Positions 60,129-64,000 of a DNA stretch of 64,000 bases are shown here, one piece after another. Numbering within the stretch: position 1 is the stretch's first letter; the number at the start of each line of letters is the position of its first letter. The position numbers and the translations under genes are program-made. Where the stretch lies: the NCBI RefSeq assembly GCF_009914755.1, contig NC_060937.1; one strand, given 5' to 3'. The notes under the pieces are model-generated. The model ran no database searches. It saw nothing but the letters and a program-made list of their open reading frames with translations, and was not told the origin of the DNA. The stretch comes from the human T2T-CHM13v2.0 reference genome, Homo sapiens.

Positions 60129-61214
60129 CTATAGGGATGAGAGAATTTTTACGATTAATACTCCTCTGTAAGAAAATCTTATATAACAAATGTTAAACTT
60201 AAAAAAATTCATCAGGGAATGATTATCTTCTAAATTAGATCCAGTTTGTATATATCATACAGAATCTTTCAGGCCACACTTACTGAACAAATAAATAGTC
60301 ATGTTAAATAAAACAAATTTTCCCAAAAATATTTCAGTTCTCTAAGACAATGTGTTATAAGCATGCACAAAAACTTAAGTAGTTAGGCAAAATTTGAAAT
60401 ATTTGGTAATTCAATGCTTTGTCTTCACATAAGAAACTTATCCTTAGAGTATTTTTTGTGTGAAATATAACACCTAAATATGTAAAGATAACTTAGTGTT
60501 TAGATGAAGTTCTCATTTTTTAGCAAGTTTGTTTAATGGGAACAACAGATACGAAAAGGTCTAGGTTAACCATTTAGCTCAGTAACATATAAATCTAACC
60601 TCGCAAAAAGACAAAATCTGCTTTTGACTTATGTCGTATCTCTTATTCTTTTTCTTCTCTGTTATCTTTTTCATATTGCTTTAGATATATCTGTGTTGGA
60701 GAGGAAATTATGTAACCTAGGCAGCACTTTTTTTTTCTTTTTACTAATAGGAAACAAGGAAATAGCAATTTCATTTTCAATTTCACATTATGTCCTTGAT
60801 TCTTTTACTTATCATGATATATACAGTTCATAAAGTTTTATTTAGTCTCCTTATATATTCAATAGAAAATAATCATTGGGAATAGTTAAGCCAGCCCCCT
60901 TTGCATTAATGTCTCTTAACTCATTCTGTTGGGAAGAGCCTTTTACACTCAGGATCTATCTTCTGGAAACGAGTATCATCATTCTTTTTCTATTCCCTAA
61001 TCAAATGTTCTTTAATAAATGACCAGGATGAAAAGTTTCTTGCAATGGCAGCTTTCTTTTTGGCATCAAAGACAGAGAGAGGGGAGTCTTGCCATTCAGA
61101 CTCCATCCATATCAGGGTGACTTCTATCTGAATATTTGCTGGACCATCCATTCCTCTGACAACTACTGGGCTATCTTGTGCAGATTACGTAGTAGTTGTC
61201 AGTCCTTATGGGGC

Positions 61215-61794
61215 TGTAGGATACAGTAAATTCCTCTTCAAAGAACCAATATGTCAGTGTGTTCAGCTTCCCTGTTCTTTGTTCTCCATTTTAAAGTTTA
61301 ACTCCCTCATTCTTTACATCTCCTTGCCCCTAGTTTCAGTAAACAACCCCCTCCTAGCCTCTATCACCTGCTCTTTCCTTAGTTATCCTTCATCACCTGC
61401 TCTGTCCTTAGTCATCCTTAGTCACCTGCTCTGTCCTTAGTCATCCTTAGCCACCTGCTCTGACCTTAGTCATCCTTAGCCACCTGCTCTGTAACTGTCC
61501 TTCCCGCTGAAACTACTCACCCCACCACTCCAGCTCGTACCCCTGCTCTTTTTAAAATAGCCAATTGGAATTAACTTAGACTGTGCGGTCCAACCCTACC
61601 CAATAGGGGAAAGATGCAGCAGTGGGAACTAGCTACATCAGGGATAACACCCCCTTCCCCTCCCTTGTCTGGTGTGCTCTCGCCATTGCTCCATTGTGAG
61701 ACACAACCTTCTATAGAAGTAAATTGCCTTGCTGAGAAAACTTTTGCCTGAGTGCTATTTTCACTTTGTGGCACCAAACATTTTACTTCTAACA
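61215..61794 (+). mobile_element. LTR10 (LTR10A/F-like, HERV-I group) solo LTR in EDNRB intron 3
   Basis: TG...CA termini, internal 29-bp tandem array, paired CCAAT boxes, and AGTAAA poly(A) signal followed by ttgccttgctgagaaaac typical of LTR10. Confidence 0.82.
61364..61492. repeat. 29-bp tandem repeat, ~4.4 copies, inside LTR10
   Basis: Unit TCACCTGCTCTGTCCTTAGTCATCCTTAG starting at 61364, 61393, 61422 and 61451, with a partial copy at 61480. Confidence 0.93.
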
Positions 61795-62034
61795 TGGCTT
61801 TAGGTAGAAAGCTATAAATTCACATCAATTCTTTCATGTGGACCTGGTTTATCTATGCCACTGAGATCAAGGGGATTCTTAGAGAAGTAGTGATCTAGCT
61901 TCTTGCAGCTTGAGTCATTGATCACCATTAACTCCACAGTCCTTGGATCTATACTCTTAATTTATGCCAAGGACAGTCATAAATCAACAGTTTCCCAAGG
62001 AGTGGGGAACAGGGGAAAAATAGCTAAATATTTA

Positions 62035-62397
<363 letters not shown>

Positions 62398-62414
62398 TTA
62401 AATAGAAGCTTCTA

Positions 62415-62564
<150 letters not shown>

Positions 62565-63029
62565 TCATAAGATGCCCTCTGAATTGTATCACTTAGTGAA
62601 GAGTAATTAACATGCAGAGTAGGATAAACTCTGGTTGTCATTCTTTTTCTCATGGACTACTTCTTTGAAAAGCACCATTGTTCGATATATGTATGGGACA
62701 GGAAAGTGTGTTGGGATTGATGAAAATGCAGCCAGCTTATAAGAAGTCATCATGCGTATACAGTAGCTTAGAGTTCAGCTCACCTCATCAGAGCAAACTT
62801 GAGCCAGTCGCTTAAGTTCCTCCTGAAAATTGAACCTGTATACTGTCATGGAGTCTGAAATGCCCAGATCATGGCCAAAGCAAAATATGGGTTAATTAAA
62901 ATTGAATGATAAACAGTCCTTAGCTGAGGAGACCAGACTTCCCTACTGAAGTAGTACTCCATGCAGAACAGCATGTGCATTCAGGCACTTGTTCTTCATT
63001 GCAGTCAGTTTACCTAACTGAACAATCAT

Positions 63030-63430
63030 TCAGTAGGAGTAGCTACACAGTTGCTCAAACACACCAGGCACATTCCTACTTAGGGCTTTCGCTGTAGGTC
63101 CTTCCTTATCCTAGAAGGCTCTTTCCCCACAGATTCACCTGGTTAACTCGCTTATCTCCTTCAGGTCTTACTCAAATTTCATCTTTTCAACATGACTTAC
63201 CTTGATCACACTATTAGATACCGTAACCGGTCAGACATCCCTATCTCCCTACTCTCTTTTCCTTTTTATCCATAGTCTATCAATTCCTGTGGCATAACAC
63301 ATTAACTTATTTGTTTGCTTAGATTTTTTTCTGTCTGGATCCCTGGAGTGTAAGACAGACTATGAGCTCCACAACTGCCTAGAACAGTGCCTGACACATA
63401 GCAGATGTTTAATATTAACAGTGCTTGATT
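63030..63430 (+). mobile_element. L2 3' fragment in EDNRB intron 1
   Basis: tccttcaggtcttactcaaat...gcctagaacagtgcctgacacatagcagatgtttaata L2 terminal pattern. Confidence 0.7.
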
Positions 63431-64000
63431 CATAGACTCTAAAATATAACAGTGACTGGCTGTATAAGGAGCAAGAAGACATAGTTATTGCTATTATAGA
63501 TATATATTTATACACACACATAGTATGTTATATATATATAGTGTGTATATATGTACACGTATATATTTCTCTTTATCTGACTGCAGACTATGAAACCATC
63601 TATTATTAAATGTGGTTATTTTCTTTCTTAGGACAATATGGTGTGTCCCACACTGGTAAATGAATCATTTTAGGTGAACATCTGGATCAAATGTTCATGA
63701 GGTTTTGAAAATAAAAGTATTTCAAATCCATGGGTCTTAAAAATAGTTTGAAAAACAACCTTGCAAAAGTGAAAATTATTTTGAGACACAATGGAGTCTT
63801 TCCATCCTTTCACTAGTAGTGAAGACTCTACCGAGTTTGTCAAGCTGAGTTGATTGTTCTATAACTAGAATGACGTCAAAGGCTAAAATGTTTGTCTCAT
63901 AATGAATTTGACTTGGAGATTCAACATAGGACCAACTTCATTTCTAAGTTAGATATCAAAACTTACACAGACATGTAGGACAAAAGTTGGCAGACTTATC

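Noticed and set aside
61364-61492. Regular 29-bp repeats resembling a CRISPR array
   Set aside because: Head-to-tail units with no unique spacers, inside a retroviral LTR in primate DNA, and no cas genes.

Overview
Human (or very close great-ape) genomic DNA covering the 3' two-thirds of EDNRB (endothelin receptor type B, 13q22) on the minus strand. Coding exons 2-7 lie at 62528 down to 57122, all with canonical GT-AG junctions and an intact frame. The ~2.7 kb 3' UTR ends near 54403 and contains an alternative terminal coding exon (55480-55364). The first ~54 kb lies downstream of EDNRB and is AT-rich and full of repeats (L1, L2, MIR, Alu, MaLR/ERV1 solo LTRs, hAT and Tigger DNA transposons). 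From prior knowledge it overlaps the antisense lncRNA EDNRB-AS1, whose exons I cannot place from sequence alone. The supplied ORF track misses the real gene and consists almost entirely of chance or repeat-derived ORFs. I found no new multi-gene system. The signals most worth a second look are: an LTR10 with an AP-1/E-box tandem array in EDNRB intron 3; three poly(A) signals, one inside the CDS; three short ectopic copies of sequence 1.7-5 kb away that look like templated repair insertions; a 29-bp-stem hairpin inside an L2; and a three-arm AluY. Repeat subfamily names come from recognising consensus sequences by eye and should be confirmed with RepeatMasker/Dfam.
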